DNA of 64,000 nt from positions 33,176-97,175 of IMG/VR virus record IMGVR_UViG_3300030098_006630; one strand, written 5' to 3'. Origin of the DNA: a virus. Position numbers and translations under genes: made by a program. Of this stretch, positions 19,305-31,000 are shown piece after piece. The first letter of the stretch is position 1. Every line of letters begins with the position of its first letter. Under the pieces are notes generated by a model. It searched no databases and had not been told where the DNA came from. It saw only the letters and a list, made by a program, of their open reading frames with translations.

Positions 19305-21107
19305 ATGGTAAAAAAATTCACTCCCCCTATTGACTATACAGCTAGAGATTTTGATTCTATTAAATCTTCATTAATAGAATACGCTAAGAGATACTACCCC
19401 AATACTGCTACAGATTTTAATGATGCTTCTTTTGGTGCGTTAATGATTGATATGGTGTCGTATGTAGGAGATGTCCTTTCTTTTTACTTAGATTACCAAG
19501 CATCCGAGTCTTTTTTGGATTCTGCAATTGAACTAAAAAATGTAATACGCTTAGCCAAACAGCTAGGATATAAATATGATGGAGAGGTCACTGCATATGG
19601 TATAGTATCTTTATATCTCCAAGTACCAGCGAATGTTTCTGGTCTTGGTCCCGACACTCGCTATCTCCCAGTCCTCCGCGAAGGAACTCGCTTATCCTCT
19701 ACATCCCGAGTGCCTTTTATTTTAACTCAAGACGTTGATTTTAATTCCGGCGATGCACAGGTTCTTGTTGCACAAGTCGATGAAGAAACCGGAAATCCTT
19801 TATCTTACGGAGTAAAGATGTATGGCGAAGCAATATCTGGCGACATAGGAACCTACACCTTTCCTCTGGGAGAGGACGTTTCATTTCCCAAGGTATTTTT
19901 AGATACTCCTGCGGTAGCTGAAATATTGTCTGTATTTGACGCCGAAGGACATGAATACTATGAAGTCGAGTATCTATCGCAAGATATAATTTATAAAAGC
20001 TTGCCTAATCGAGGAAACGACAAAGACATTGTTTCATCTATTTTAAAAACAGTGTCGGTTCCGAGGCGTTTTGTTTTAGATAAAACACCTGAAGGCTCTT
20101 TCTTACAATTTGGCGGCGGCTCCACATCAGACGCCATTATTGAAAACGATGAAACCCTTAATCCTAGCAACGTTGCTTTAAAGATGCATGGAAAAAAATA
20201 TATTAGTGCTACCTCTTTTGATCCTTCAAAGTTAACTAAAAACAATAGCCTTGGGGTCGCTCCATCAAATACAACTATAACCGTCACTTATCGCTCTAAT
20301 TTATCTGGATTGGTTAATCTTGGAGTTGGAGAGCTTTCGAGCGTAGATGTGACTTTGATGTCCTTTGAAGAAGAGAACTCACTTACCCCTGGCATCATGA
20401 CAACAGTCAGGAACAGCCTAGAAGTCACTAACGAAGAGCCTATTGTAGGAGATATACAGTTTCCTACTGTTGATGAAATAAGAATACGTGCTCAAAATGC
20501 CTACTCTACTCAAAACCGAGCAGTAACTGTCGATGATTACAAAAGTCTTGTATATAATATGCCGGCTAAATTCGGAAAAATAAGAAAGTGTAAAATAATG
20601 CAAGATAAAGATTCTTTTAAACCAAACATGAATTTATATACGATTGGAGCAGGTCTCGATAATACTTTACAGCCTCTTAACAATAAAATTAAAGTAAACT
20701 TAAAAAATTGGCTTTCTAACTATAAAATGATAAATGATACTTTGGATATTTTGGATGCAAATATTGTAAATCTAGGCATAAAGTACAAGGTAATAGGAGA
20801 AACTAACATTAATAAGTTTGATTTAATGCAAGATATTTCTGTCGCGCTAGAAAATCACTTTAGCAAAATTCCTGAAATTGGAGAGCCTTTTTACATTACA
20901 GACGTGTATAATGTTATAAATGTTTTAGATAATGTAGTAGACACGGTTGATGTAGATATTTTTATTCAAAACGGTGCGCTTTATTCCGATTACAGCATTA
21001 ATCTCACTGAAGCTCTGTCTCCTGACGGACGCTTTATTAAAATACCCCAAGATGCTATATATGAAATAAAATTTATAGAAGATGATATTCAAGGTAAGAT
21101 TGTATAA
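19305..21107 (+). CDS. Baseplate wedge subunit, T4 gp6 / baseplate J-like
   Basis: YTARDFDSIK, DF..AS.G....D..SYVGDVLSFYLD....ESFLDSA, QFGGG, STQNRAVTVDDYK. Confidence 0.95.
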   Translation: MVKKFTPPIDYTARDFDSIKSSLIEYAKRYYPNTATDFNDASFGALMIDMVSYVGDVLSFYLDYQASESFLDSAIELKNVIRLAKQLGYKYDGEVTAYGIVSLYLQVPANVSGLGPDTRYLPVLREGTRLSSTSRVPFILTQDVDFNSGDAQVLVAQVDEETGNPLSYGVKMYGEAISGDIGTYTFPLGEDVSFPKVFLDTPAVAEILSVFDAEGHEYYEVEYLSQDIIYKSLPNRGNDKDIVSSILKTVSVPRRFVLDKTPEGSFLQFGGGSTSDAIIENDETLNPSNVALKMHGKKYISATSFDPSKLTKNNSLGVAPSNTTITVTYRSNLSGLVNLGVGELSSVDVTLMSFEEENSLTPGIMTTVRNSLEVTNEEPIVGDIQFPTVDEIRIRAQNAYSTQNRAVTVDDYKSLVYNMPAKFGKIRKCKIMQDKDSFKPNMNLYTIGAGLDNTLQPLNNKIKVNLKNWLSNYKMINDTLDILDANIVNLGIKYKVIGETNINKFDLMQDISVALENHFSKIPEIGEPFYITDVYNVINVLDNVVDTVDVDIFIQNGALYSDYSINLTEALSPDGRFIKIPQDAIYEIKFIEDDIQGKIV

Positions 21108-22639
21108 TGGCTATTAAAAGATATTCCGCAATTAAAGATACGACAATTTCTAACGCTTATAAATCAAACTTAAGCGGAACGGCTACGGGCTCTAATATGG
21201 GCTCCGCCGACGCATTGGAAGTTTTTTCCATATATGGACAGATATCCAATAGCTCTGGTTTTTCAAAAGAGTTGTCTCGTATTTTGGTACAATTTCCAAT
21301 CACGGGGACCACTAGTATTAAATCTGATCGAACCTCTGGAGACATTCCAGCCTCCGGTAACGTATCTTTTTATTTAAATCTTTATAATGCAGTAACGCCC
21401 AATACTGTGCCGAAAAAGTTTAAATTAAATTTATATGCAGTCGATGCCGGCTGGGATGAAGGTTTCGGACTAGACATGGAAGAATATAAAAATATCGGAG
21501 TTGCCAATTGGGACCAAAGAGCTACGAATGCGGACTGGTCTTATACGGGAGGTTCTTATATTAACACTGCTTCTATGACCGATGGCGGAGCGTATGCGTT
21601 TTTCGAAGACGGCACTGAAGACTTATCAGTAGATGTCACCCCTTATGTAGAATCCTGGATTAAAGGCGGCGCAGCCGGCGGGTTTGATAACTTTGGATTT
21701 TTGGTTGCCTTTACTCCTACTGAAGAAAGTGCTTCTAGGTCCTATTATGATAAAAAATTCTTTGCTAGAAGTAGTGAGTATTTCTTTAAACGACCCAACA
21801 TTGAAGCAAGATGGAATAGTTCTAATACCGATGATAGAGGAAAATTTTACCTTTCTAGCGCCTTAGCTCCAGCCTCAGACAACATCAACACTCTATATCT
21901 TTATAACTATGTTAGGGGGCAACTCCAAGACATCCCAGGGCTAGGTAGCGATAAATACATTTATGTCAGCTTGTTTTCCGGCTCTCTATTAAATACCGTC
22001 CCTACAGGAGCAGCTCTTGAATTGTCTGCTGACGACGCAGGGCGCGTCCGAGCAGACTATAACACTGTAGTAACTGGTGGGATAGCTTCAACAGGCATAT
22101 ATACCGCCTCTTTTGCATTCACTGGCTCTTCCGGTTTAACTGATGTGTTTGATGTATGGTTTACGGGTAGTATGACAACTACTAACGCGGAGGATGCTAT
22201 CATACAATTCCATACAGGAAATGTATCAGTTAAGCATCTTGACGCTTCTAATATCAACCCTACTACTCGTTATGTAACTAAAATTACCAATCTAAAACCA
22301 TCATATACCCAAGACGAAGAGCCTAAACTAAGGGTATATACGAGAAAAAAAGACTGGTCTCCTAACATATACACTGTTGCCAATTCTCATATTCAAACTG
22401 ATAATATTGAAAAATCTTATTATCGAGTGGTGAGAACTGTAGACAATTTGGAAGTTATTGCCTATGGAACAGGAAGCGATCAACAAACAAAATTATCATA
22501 CGATGTGAGTGGTAATTATTTTAATCTAGACATGAGTCTTTTGGAAAGTGGATACATGTATGATTTAAAGTTTGCTTATTATTTAAATGGAACCTACAAG
22601 GAACAACCAGAGAGCTTTAAGTTTAGAGTGGAGGATTAA
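21107..22639 (+). CDS. Virion structural protein with an N-terminal DNRLRE/CBM96-like beta domain
   Basis: KDTTI, SRILVQF, L.LY.V...WDEG.G, DL.VDVT..V..WI and NFGFLV pattern. Follows gp6. Confidence 0.55.
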   Translation: MAIKRYSAIKDTTISNAYKSNLSGTATGSNMGSADALEVFSIYGQISNSSGFSKELSRILVQFPITGTTSIKSDRTSGDIPASGNVSFYLNLYNAVTPNTVPKKFKLNLYAVDAGWDEGFGLDMEEYKNIGVANWDQRATNADWSYTGGSYINTASMTDGGAYAFFEDGTEDLSVDVTPYVESWIKGGAAGGFDNFGFLVAFTPTEESASRSYYDKKFFARSSEYFFKRPNIEARWNSSNTDDRGKFYLSSALAPASDNINTLYLYNYVRGQLQDIPGLGSDKYIYVSLFSGSLLNTVPTGAALELSADDAGRVRADYNTVVTGGIASTGIYTASFAFTGSSGLTDVFDVWFTGSMTTTNAEDAIIQFHTGNVSVKHLDASNINPTTRYVTKITNLKPSYTQDEEPKLRVYTRKKDWSPNIYTVANSHIQTDNIEKSYYRVVRTVDNLEVIAYGTGSDQQTKLSYDVSGNYFNLDMSLLESGYMYDLKFAYYLNGTYKEQPESFKFRVED

Positions 22640-22641
22640 AA

Positions 22642-25600
22642 GTGTCTCTAAAAGACTTATTTAAAGACATTGAAAGAATCGGGACAACCACCACAGCATC
22701 AGCTCCAGATGTTCCTGTTATTAAAGAACAGGTAGAGTCTGTCAGCTTTAGTCGCGAAGTTCAAGAAAGACAAAAATCATTTGTTCCTCATGTGGATTTC
22801 ACACAGGCTAAGAACTTTGCTAAATATGGGTCGGCGGAAGAATATTATGCTAAAGGTATTGAATATATTTATTCCTATTATCCTTACGACGGCTCTCTCA
22901 AAGAAAAAGAAGAGTGGTATAATAATGTTACTTATTTAGAACAATATGTGTTTGATCATGAATATCCCCGCACTAATGGATACGTGATTTTGTCAGCCGA
23001 TGGATGGGGGACCACCACTGTAACTGACGGGTATGGTTTGCCATCATCACTAGAATACATACAAGTGAAGAGTGGACCTCATGAAAAAAACATATGGGAT
23101 GAAAGTAAACACAGAGAAGAAAATTTAAAATTTGCTCTGACGGGTGGTCTTACGGTAGAATTTTGGCTAAACAAGACTGAATTTGTTACCAGTAAAACTC
23201 AAAAAGAAGTTATTTTTGACCTGTGGAATGGTAAACATTTTAATGATACTGAATATGGTCGATTTAGAATCGAACTCTCAGGAACGTCACCAGGAGCAGC
23301 ATTCCGGCTCACTGCTCTGTCAGGCACCAGTGGATTTCATGATGCACCGGTTGGTGAGACTGTAACCCCTTCTATTGTTTCTAATAGTGACTGGTCTCAC
23401 TATGCTTTTTCATTGTATAACACTGGTTCCTCGGTACTGGTTGAAATGTATAGAGACGGCGTGTTCATAGAATCCATGACCACGGGAAGCGCGATTGGGC
23501 ATGTTACGGGAACTATGATTGCGAACATAGGGGCGCTTCGTACTCCTCCTCGAAATACCTCTGCCGCAACCGGTTCAGGAAAGCTTTCCGGCTCTTTAGA
23601 TGAGTTTAGGTTCTGGAAATCACGTCGTACCGCTAGAGATATTGGGAGATATTATATCTCTCAAGTGGGAGGAGGGACAAATACTGATGACGCTAATACT
23701 GAACTAGGGCTTTATTATAAATTCAATGAAGGGATTACCGGCGATAGCACGTATGATAGGGTCGTTTTAGATTATTCAGGTCGCCTTAGTAATGGAACTT
23801 GGACTGGATATAACTCTAATTCTCGTAATACCGGCTCTGCAATGGTTTTATCAGGAGAGACTACCTTCGAGTTTAAAGACCCTATTATTTACCCAACTCA
23901 CCCAGCGGTAGTTGCTCTTTTAAATTCTAAAAAAGAACTTGGAGAAGAGTACGATATTAATAATCCTGCTAACATGTATAATAGCTTTCCTTCTTGGATT
24001 ATAGATGAAGATAGCGATGCGGGGAGTGAGCTAAAAAGCCTTACTCAGATAATGTCTAGCTACTTAGATGAGTTATATCTTCAGATAGAAAACGTCCCTG
24101 CGCTCAAGGACAAAGAATATCCTTCTGGTAGTTTATTAACTGGAAGTCACAAGCCTTATCCATTCTCTAAACAACTCCTCACGAGCCATGGCTTTAACAC
24201 GCCAGAATTGTTTGTAGATACCAGTGTTATAGAACAATTCTTATCACGCAATGAAAAAATTAAATACGAAGAGAAAATTTATAACACAAAAAACCTTATT
24301 TATCATAACATTTATAACAATCTAATAAATATTTTCAAATCCAAAGGAACAGAAAAATCTATTCGCAATTTAATTCGCTCCTATGGCGCTGATGAAGATA
24401 TCATAGCAATCAATGTTTATGGACATAACGAACCATTTGAATTAAGAAAAAATGTCGAACAACGCACTTTTAAAAATAAAGTTATTGATTTTAATCAAAG
24501 CGATAGAAATGTAGCTACCATCTTCCAATATCAAACTGGCTCTGGTACAACTTCTTACATCTCCGGTTCTCGATTAAACGATCTTACGGTCCCTAATACT
24601 GTTGAATGCGAAGTGTTCTTTCCTCATAAAGCACAAGAGGGTAATCGTAGTTACTATTATTATCCTGATATCTCCTCTTCATTGTTTGGGCAACATACGG
24701 TTAACCTTGGAGCAGCGGACATTAATGTCTTGCAATGGGCAGACAATGATGATGCATCTTTCCAGGTATACGCAGTCCGTGACGTTATTGATTCAACTAG
24801 GGCTAAGTTTGTTATCACAGGAGCTGCTTTTTCTCCGCTCACCACAAGTTACTACTCTAATGTTTATGAAAATTCCAAATGGAACTTCGCTGTTAGATTA
24901 AAGCCGTCTCGTGAATTTGGCGATTTAGTATATTACGGCTCTAATACTGATTATGATTTAGAATTTTATGGAGTTCATGAAACAATGGGTTCTATTGAAC
25001 ATGAATTTATTCTTACGAGCAGCCTTTCCGCTACCCGAGGAGAGGCTTGGTCAAACGCCCCAAAACGTATTTACGCAGGCGCTCACCGGACAAACTTTAC
25101 CGGTAGCTTGTTAGAATATACTGATGTAAAGATAGCTAATGTGAGATTCTGGCTTTCGTATTTGACCAATGAAGTTATTCAAGACCATGCGAAAAGTTAT
25201 GCAACTTATGGACCATCCCAGCCTTTAAATGATGAAGGATTCACGCATGTAAACTTAGATAATACTGAGATTCCTTCTTTAGAAACTTTAGCATTAAATT
25301 GGAATTTCGGCAATGTTTCTTCATCGGCTGACTCTTCTGGGCGTCTTCTTGTGGATGACTTTTCATCAGGATCATCCGAATTGACTAGTCGATATTCCTG
25401 GGTTGGCGACATCACTAAACAGCTATATTCAGGAAGGGCAGATTTCTTTTTACCGAACGAGCCGAAAGCTGCCGATATCGAATATGTGTTTTCTACGAGA
25501 AATCGACTACCCGAAACCTTTATTAGCTCTGACATGATTTCTATTGGAGAAGACGCAGATAAAATTTTCACTTTAGATAGCCGACCTGTCCATTATTATT

Positions 25601-28032
25601 TTTCTATTGAAAATAGCTTGTATAGAGTTATTTCGGAAGAAATAATTAATATTTTTTCTTCTATTATAGACTTTAATAATCTTATTGGAGAACCTGTAAA
25701 TAAATATAGAGAAACTTATAAGGATTTATCTAAACTCAAACAACTGTTCTTTGAAAGAGTAGAGAACAAGCCAGATATTGAAAGATATTTCACCTACTTT
25801 AAACATATTGACAGCTTCCTACAACAGTGCCTGGAAAAGCTTTTGCCGGCTTCAGCCAATGTTTCTGATTCTGTTCTTAATATTGTTGAAAGTCACGTCC
25901 TAGAAAGAAATAAGTATAGACATAAATTCCCTACACTAGAAAGCAAACAAGGTGACCCCGAAGCTGCGATTCTCGGTATTAATGAGATGCTCTTTGACTG
26001 GAAGCATGGTCACGCCCCTATTCCTGAAAATCAAAATACTAACTGTTTATATTGGCATGACTTAGCCGAACGAGGCGGTTCTGTCTTGACTTCAGGAAAT
26101 CCAACCGTAGATGAACAGAGAGAAACAATAAAAGATATTGTAAATTCTAGTGTATCCGGTAGCAATTACGCCACAAGAAAATTTGCCCAAGTTTATAATT
26201 TAACTACCAAAGAACCTCTTGATCTCGGCGGCGGCGCAAACTTAAAATCTAACAATATATTTGGATTTTACCGCCAAGTTATTAAATTTAACGACAGAAA
26301 CAATTATATTAAAATACCTTTCGCTGAAAGCAAACTTAATAAAGATTGCAAGGAAGCCACAGAACCACAAGAATTAACCAAGAGAGTAATGGATGTTCCC
26401 GCTATCGCTTACAACGACGGAGAACCCCCGCGAGCTAATGATTATAAAGATGGAAATGCAAACTTATTGCTTCCCTTTACTATCTTTTCATCGTCTTTGG
26501 ATACAGGATATTTAGGTATTGTTGCCGACGCACACAGCGCTTCTTTTGAAAATATGCATCTAGATGTTGTTGGGACTCATGGAACACTCCCCTTACAGGG
26601 TCCATTTACCGAAAAGTATGTTGGAGGACTCCAGTACCGCCATGCCGGTTTAAATTACAAATCCCCTACCAAAGCTCTAGACAATTCCTTCACCAGACCA
26701 GAAGGATGGTTCTTAAAAATTCCCACCGCCCCAGGACGCGCTGCAAGCCTCCTGAGCGAATCTTTCTCCGCAACTGACCCTGTGGGTTGGCGGAACGTTG
26801 GAAGTACCGCTACAGGACCTTCTGGGTGGATTCTAACGCATTCTGGACCGACTCCTTCTATGAATACTGGACCAAACTCAGCATTCGATGGAGATTACTA
26901 CGCTTATGCTGAAACTTCCAACCCTAATCACCCCGGCAGTGCTTTCGGGCTAGTGACTCCAATAATCGACGCAGCCGATATGGGTGGAGATAACTTTAGT
27001 GCGTCTTTTTATTATCATATGTATGGCGTAAATGTTGGTAGCCTTAAGGTTCAACACTGTGAGAGCCCTTTATTCGGAGCAAGTGTAACTGATTTATCAG
27101 TGGTCTGGGATTTTGTATCTGCCCCTGGCGTTGAAGCGGAGCATATCGCTGGACAGCAACAAGCTAATGCAACAGATCCCTACAAACAAGCTCAAATTGA
27201 TCTTTCTGCTTATGCAGGAACAGAATTTTATTTACGATTCTTCTATGAAGGAGGTATAACTTATCTCTCTGACGTTGCTATTGATGCTATCGAGGTTTCT
27301 GGTACATCAGGAGGCTCAACTTATAAGCTTTTAGATCCTTCATGGGATAATCCAAATAAACCAAGAGCTGTTTATTATAGAGATGAAGTAGCGAAAAGAC
27401 CTCTTAATATTAGAAATATTAAAATGACGAGTTCTTCTCCTACCATTATTGGTAATTATTCTCACAATTATGAAGTTGTTAATATTCCTGGAAGAAACGT
27501 GAACAACCTATGGTTTGTTCAAAATTCGGGAGCAGTGGGGCAAACAAAGGTTTTATCCGATTTTATAACCTCTAGCTATGATTACTCGCTGAAAAACCGC
27601 GACAACCTACAAGACGGTAGTAAAAACCGTACTGTGATAGTGGAAAGGTTTTCCGCACCCGGAGGACCTGAAGTTATGAGCCGGGGATTTTTAGATGTAG
27701 CCTCAGAAACGTATTCCGTCTATAACTGTTTAAACTACAGAAATTCCACTGTCCGAAACAACTTAAATATTTGGGAAAAACATCATAGTATATGGGGAGG
27801 GTACGATGGAGTTTATGGTTTCCCCACAGCATCATACCATCAGGTTCAAAGGAATACAGGACTGAGACTTCAATTGAGTGGAAATTTAGTATTAGCAGGG
27901 TCGAGCATCAATAACGGAATGCCCGTTGTAACTGCCTCTTATTACGATAATGGCTTTGTAACACACCAGATTCCCCAAACCGACGCAGGATATGCTTGGA
28001 TTTCTGGTTCTATTACTGGCTCTCTAATTTAA
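22642..28032 (+). CDS. Large baseplate wedge/adhesin protein with two LamG (concanavalin-A-like) domains, a gp7-like KGT motif and an inserted MAM domain
   Basis: LTVEFWL...WSHYAF...GSLDEFRFW and TVECEVF...WNFAVR...IANVRFW (LamG); FKSKGTEKSIRNLIRSYG; TPSMNTGP...YYAYAETS...FYYHMYG..VGSL.V...DVAIDAIEV (MAM). Confidence 0.75.
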   Translation: MSLKDLFKDIERIGTTTTASAPDVPVIKEQVESVSFSREVQERQKSFVPHVDFTQAKNFAKYGSAEEYYAKGIEYIYSYYPYDGSLKEKEEWYNNVTYLEQYVFDHEYPRTNGYVILSADGWGTTTVTDGYGLPSSLEYIQVKSGPHEKNIWDESKHREENLKFALTGGLTVEFWLNKTEFVTSKTQKEVIFDLWNGKHFNDTEYGRFRIELSGTSPGAAFRLTALSGTSGFHDAPVGETVTPSIVSNSDWSHYAFSLYNTGSSVLVEMYRDGVFIESMTTGSAIGHVTGTMIANIGALRTPPRNTSAATGSGKLSGSLDEFRFWKSRRTARDIGRYYISQVGGGTNTDDANTELGLYYKFNEGITGDSTYDRVVLDYSGRLSNGTWTGYNSNSRNTGSAMVLSGETTFEFKDPIIYPTHPAVVALLNSKKELGEEYDINNPANMYNSFPSWIIDEDSDAGSELKSLTQIMSSYLDELYLQIENVPALKDKEYPSGSLLTGSHKPYPFSKQLLTSHGFNTPELFVDTSVIEQFLSRNEKIKYEEKIYNTKNLIYHNIYNNLINIFKSKGTEKSIRNLIRSYGADEDIIAINVYGHNEPFELRKNVEQRTFKNKVIDFNQSDRNVATIFQYQTGSGTTSYISGSRLNDLTVPNTVECEVFFPHKAQEGNRSYYYYPDISSSLFGQHTVNLGAADINVLQWADNDDASFQVYAVRDVIDSTRAKFVITGAAFSPLTTSYYSNVYENSKWNFAVRLKPSREFGDLVYYGSNTDYDLEFYGVHETMGSIEHEFILTSSLSATRGEAWSNAPKRIYAGAHRTNFTGSLLEYTDVKIANVRFWLSYLTNEVIQDHAKSYATYGPSQPLNDEGFTHVNLDNTEIPSLETLALNWNFGNVSSSADSSGRLLVDDFSSGSSELTSRYSWVGDITKQLYSGRADFFLPNEPKAADIEYVFSTRNRLPETFISSDMISIGEDADKIFTLDSRPVHYYFSIENSLYRVISEEIINIFSSIIDFNNLIGEPVNKYRETYKDLSKLKQLFFERVENKPDIERYFTYFKHIDSFLQQCLEKLLPASANVSDSVLNIVESHVLERNKYRHKFPTLESKQGDPEAAILGINEMLFDWKHGHAPIPENQNTNCLYWHDLAERGGSVLTSGNPTVDEQRETIKDIVNSSVSGSNYATRKFAQVYNLTTKEPLDLGGGANLKSNNIFGFYRQVIKFNDRNNYIKIPFAESKLNKDCKEATEPQELTKRVMDVPAIAYNDGEPPRANDYKDGNANLLLPFTIFSSSLDTGYLGIVADAHSASFENMHLDVVGTHGTLPLQGPFTEKYVGGLQYRHAGLNYKSPTKALDNSFTRPEGWFLKIPTAPGRAASLLSESFSATDPVGWRNVGSTATGPSGWILTHSGPTPSMNTGPNSAFDGDYYAYAETSNPNHPGSAFGLVTPIIDAADMGGDNFSASFYYHMYGVNVGSLKVQHCESPLFGASVTDLSVVWDFVSAPGVEAEHIAGQQQANATDPYKQAQIDLSAYAGTEFYLRFFYEGGITYLSDVAIDAIEVSGTSGGSTYKLLDPSWDNPNKPRAVYYRDEVAKRPLNIRNIKMTSSSPTIIGNYSHNYEVVNIPGRNVNNLWFVQNSGAVGQTKVLSDFITSSYDYSLKNRDNLQDGSKNRTVIVERFSAPGGPEVMSRGFLDVASETYSVYNCLNYRNSTVRNNLNIWEKHHSIWGGYDGVYGFPTASYHQVQRNTGLRLQLSGNLVLAGSSINNGMPVVTASYYDNGFVTHQIPQTDAGYAWISGSITGSLI

Positions 28033-28040
28033 TGAAAACA

Positions 28041-28048
28041 ACTATTTA
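28041..28048 (+). promoter_or_regulatory. Putative late promoter ACTATTTA
   Basis: Intergenic copy 8 nt upstream of ATG 28057. Confidence 0.6.
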
Positions 28049-28056
28049 AGAATAAC

Positions 28057-31000
28057 ATGAACGACGAAAACCTCACATTTATTAGCGCCAGTAGCGTTGG
28101 AACTTTCATGGGCACCAACACCAGCTTCAAGGGAAGGCTTTTTGGTGCAAATCATAAAAACATCGGAGAGTTTTATACAGGTATCTCTAATATTAATAAT
28201 TTTATTCCTAATGATTTCGTCGGGTTAAACACTATTATTTTTGAACCATTTGATGCCAACAGTCATACTTTGGGATATCCGGCTTTAACTTTCACGAATA
28301 ACGACAACGCCCCAGGAACGTTAAATCCTGGTCAGACTGAGTATTGTAATTATATTAATTCTTCTATTGTTGTTGGAATGGACCCTTCTACGGGAAAGAT
28401 AGATAACACGATAAACATGAAAGACCCTAGCGGAAACGGCTGGGGAGAGCTAGCTGGAAACTCTACTATACTAAATGCTATCATTCACCACCGCCAAGGT
28501 CCTTATGGTTGGCCAACGTGGAAACAAGTTCGCACTGGCAACCATCCTCTGGCGAGATATTGGAAAGAAAACAGCACCTGGACAATTACTTTAAAACCCA
28601 CCATTAATCAACTTACGAGCTTGATGTTTTATGACAATAATGCCACTAATTTAGCTGAAGCAGCTCAAGGGGCACCTATAAATCTACAGTTCGTCCAATC
28701 TCCAGTTAGCAATAGAGATAAACCTTTGGTTCATACTTTTCGTGTCCAACAAGATGGCAACACCAACTATCTAACTCTTAGAAGTTCATATGCCAATTTA
28801 AAAGATCAGTTTGCCAATAATAACCAAAACTTATGGTCTCTTAAGACTAACAAATATGCATCTAATATAGAAATAATTTATGATGACTTAAAAAATATTT
28901 ATATCGATGAAGACTATGGAGACAACACTCCTTTTAAAGAATTTATGGTCTTTAGATACGGACAAGGAATTTACCCCAAACAAACCAATAAATTCCTACA
29001 GCGAACTCGTCAAAGAACCGTATATGGAGAAGTCGCCGGAACTGGACTTAACGGCATCGATCAGATAAATCCACGAACTTTCTGGAAAGTGGTCTCTTCC
29101 TCTGCCACTCCCGTTAAGACCGTCGCTGAGTGGGATTTAAGCCCTAGACGAATAAGAACATCCGAAGCATTAAATTCGCAAGGAAACATTATAGGAGCCA
29201 GAACCATAAGTGGCTCCGCTTTAGGCGGACAGCCATATGCCGCTCTGCACTCCCCTGGAATTCGCAGTGTGTGGTCACTAGATACGGGAATTAATACTGG
29301 TAGTGCTTATTCTAACGGCACGATAGTCGCAGGCGAATTAGGGTGGAGACAGACTCAAGGGAGTGTAGGTGGATTTAGAACGCAGGCTTATAATACTTGC
29401 TCCGCAGGTGCTTATAGGCAAGACCTACGAGCAGATTATAGTGGCACCTACACCCAAATACCTGTGTATGCATCCGACCTAATTTCAGGAAAGCAAGCTT
29501 TTTTTAATTCTTACGAAGATTTCGCGGAAGATATAAGAGGTTTGGGAAAAGGAATGTCTATCTTACCAGAATTCAAAATCTCAGAGCACATGGAATATTA
29601 TGTAGTAGAAGAGGACGGCGATTTCTTGGCTCAAAACGATGCTTATCTTTCTTTAGAGGGTGCAGCTATTACCTCAAGCGCTGCAAGCGAGCTACAGTAT
29701 ACAGGCGAGCGTGATAGTGCATTTATAATAAACAGCCGCACATCAGGAATGAATGAAACATTTTTCTCTGATTATTCTCACAGCGACTTTCTTAAATATT
29801 TTGATATGTTTAAGTCGGATCACAAAGGTAAAGCTAACTTATCTTCGTATACTCTCAAAACCACAGGGATTAAAAAGCTATTACCTTATAGAGGTTTTTA
29901 TCCTCACCAACGTGCACTTCAGCTTGCTACATTATTTTCTCAGTCTTTTGCTGAAAGCTATAATTTTAACGGGACGCATACTAACACTTATTCTCCCAAT
30001 GAAAAAGCTGGCTGGAATGCAATCTTACGCCCCTTCTTTAATCCAGGCGTTTGTTTCAACTCTTTAAGATCTGCTGTGGCAGTTAACTTTCCAATGATGA
30101 CAGGCTCTTCTGTCGTCGATTTGGGAATAGAAAACGTAGGAGACATTCTTGGATACACTAGTATAGAAGGCGGAACTTCTAATTACAAACTTCCATTTGA
30201 AGCTATTATTTCACCTGATCAGTATCTTCCGTTGAGCACGGGAGCCACTACTAAATATATATTAAATGACGAAGTAACTCTAGGTGATTGGGCTGCTGGT
30301 ACATATAATTTTAATACCGCCTATGCACTTTACGGAGGGACTCATACTGAACTTTATTCACTAGCTGCAAATAACTTTTTCGGAGAAATTCCGCGATTTT
30401 TCTTAGAGAATAAAGCCTTTACGAGCATTACATCTGCTCCGCAAGGAGAGTGGCAAGAAGTTGTGCCGACAAAAACCTACTATATGGACGTGTCTCTATA
30501 TAAGACAAAGAACATGCTATTATCAGAAGGCAACGCTGAAGAAAATCTTCGCGGCTCGATATATGGGAATCCAAACGCCAGTAATTATGCGAACACTACC
30601 CATTCTAATAAATTTAAAGATCCTGCTTATGCTGCATACACACCTCCGTATTTTTATGAGAAATCGACTGCTAGAATAGCCTACACGCCCAGCACCCCTG
30701 GTCGCCCAACAGTAAAAGAACTTTTATCTCGAATTGAACAAGCTATTTCTTTAGATGATAACTTCAAAGCTAATGATTTCGGAGCCACCGCTGTTTCTGG
30801 AACTTTTTACACAGGTTCAGCCTATAATGTAAATGCTTTCGACGGTGGAGATCTGGCTTCATCTAATAGAATGAGGATTTCTGGTTCTGTTAACTTATTT
30901 GGCAGAGCAAAATATAAAAAAGTTACCTATGACAATAAAGTAAATCTCTTAGATCCTGATGGCGGATATATTCCTTTAGTATTCGAAGATACATCGGATG

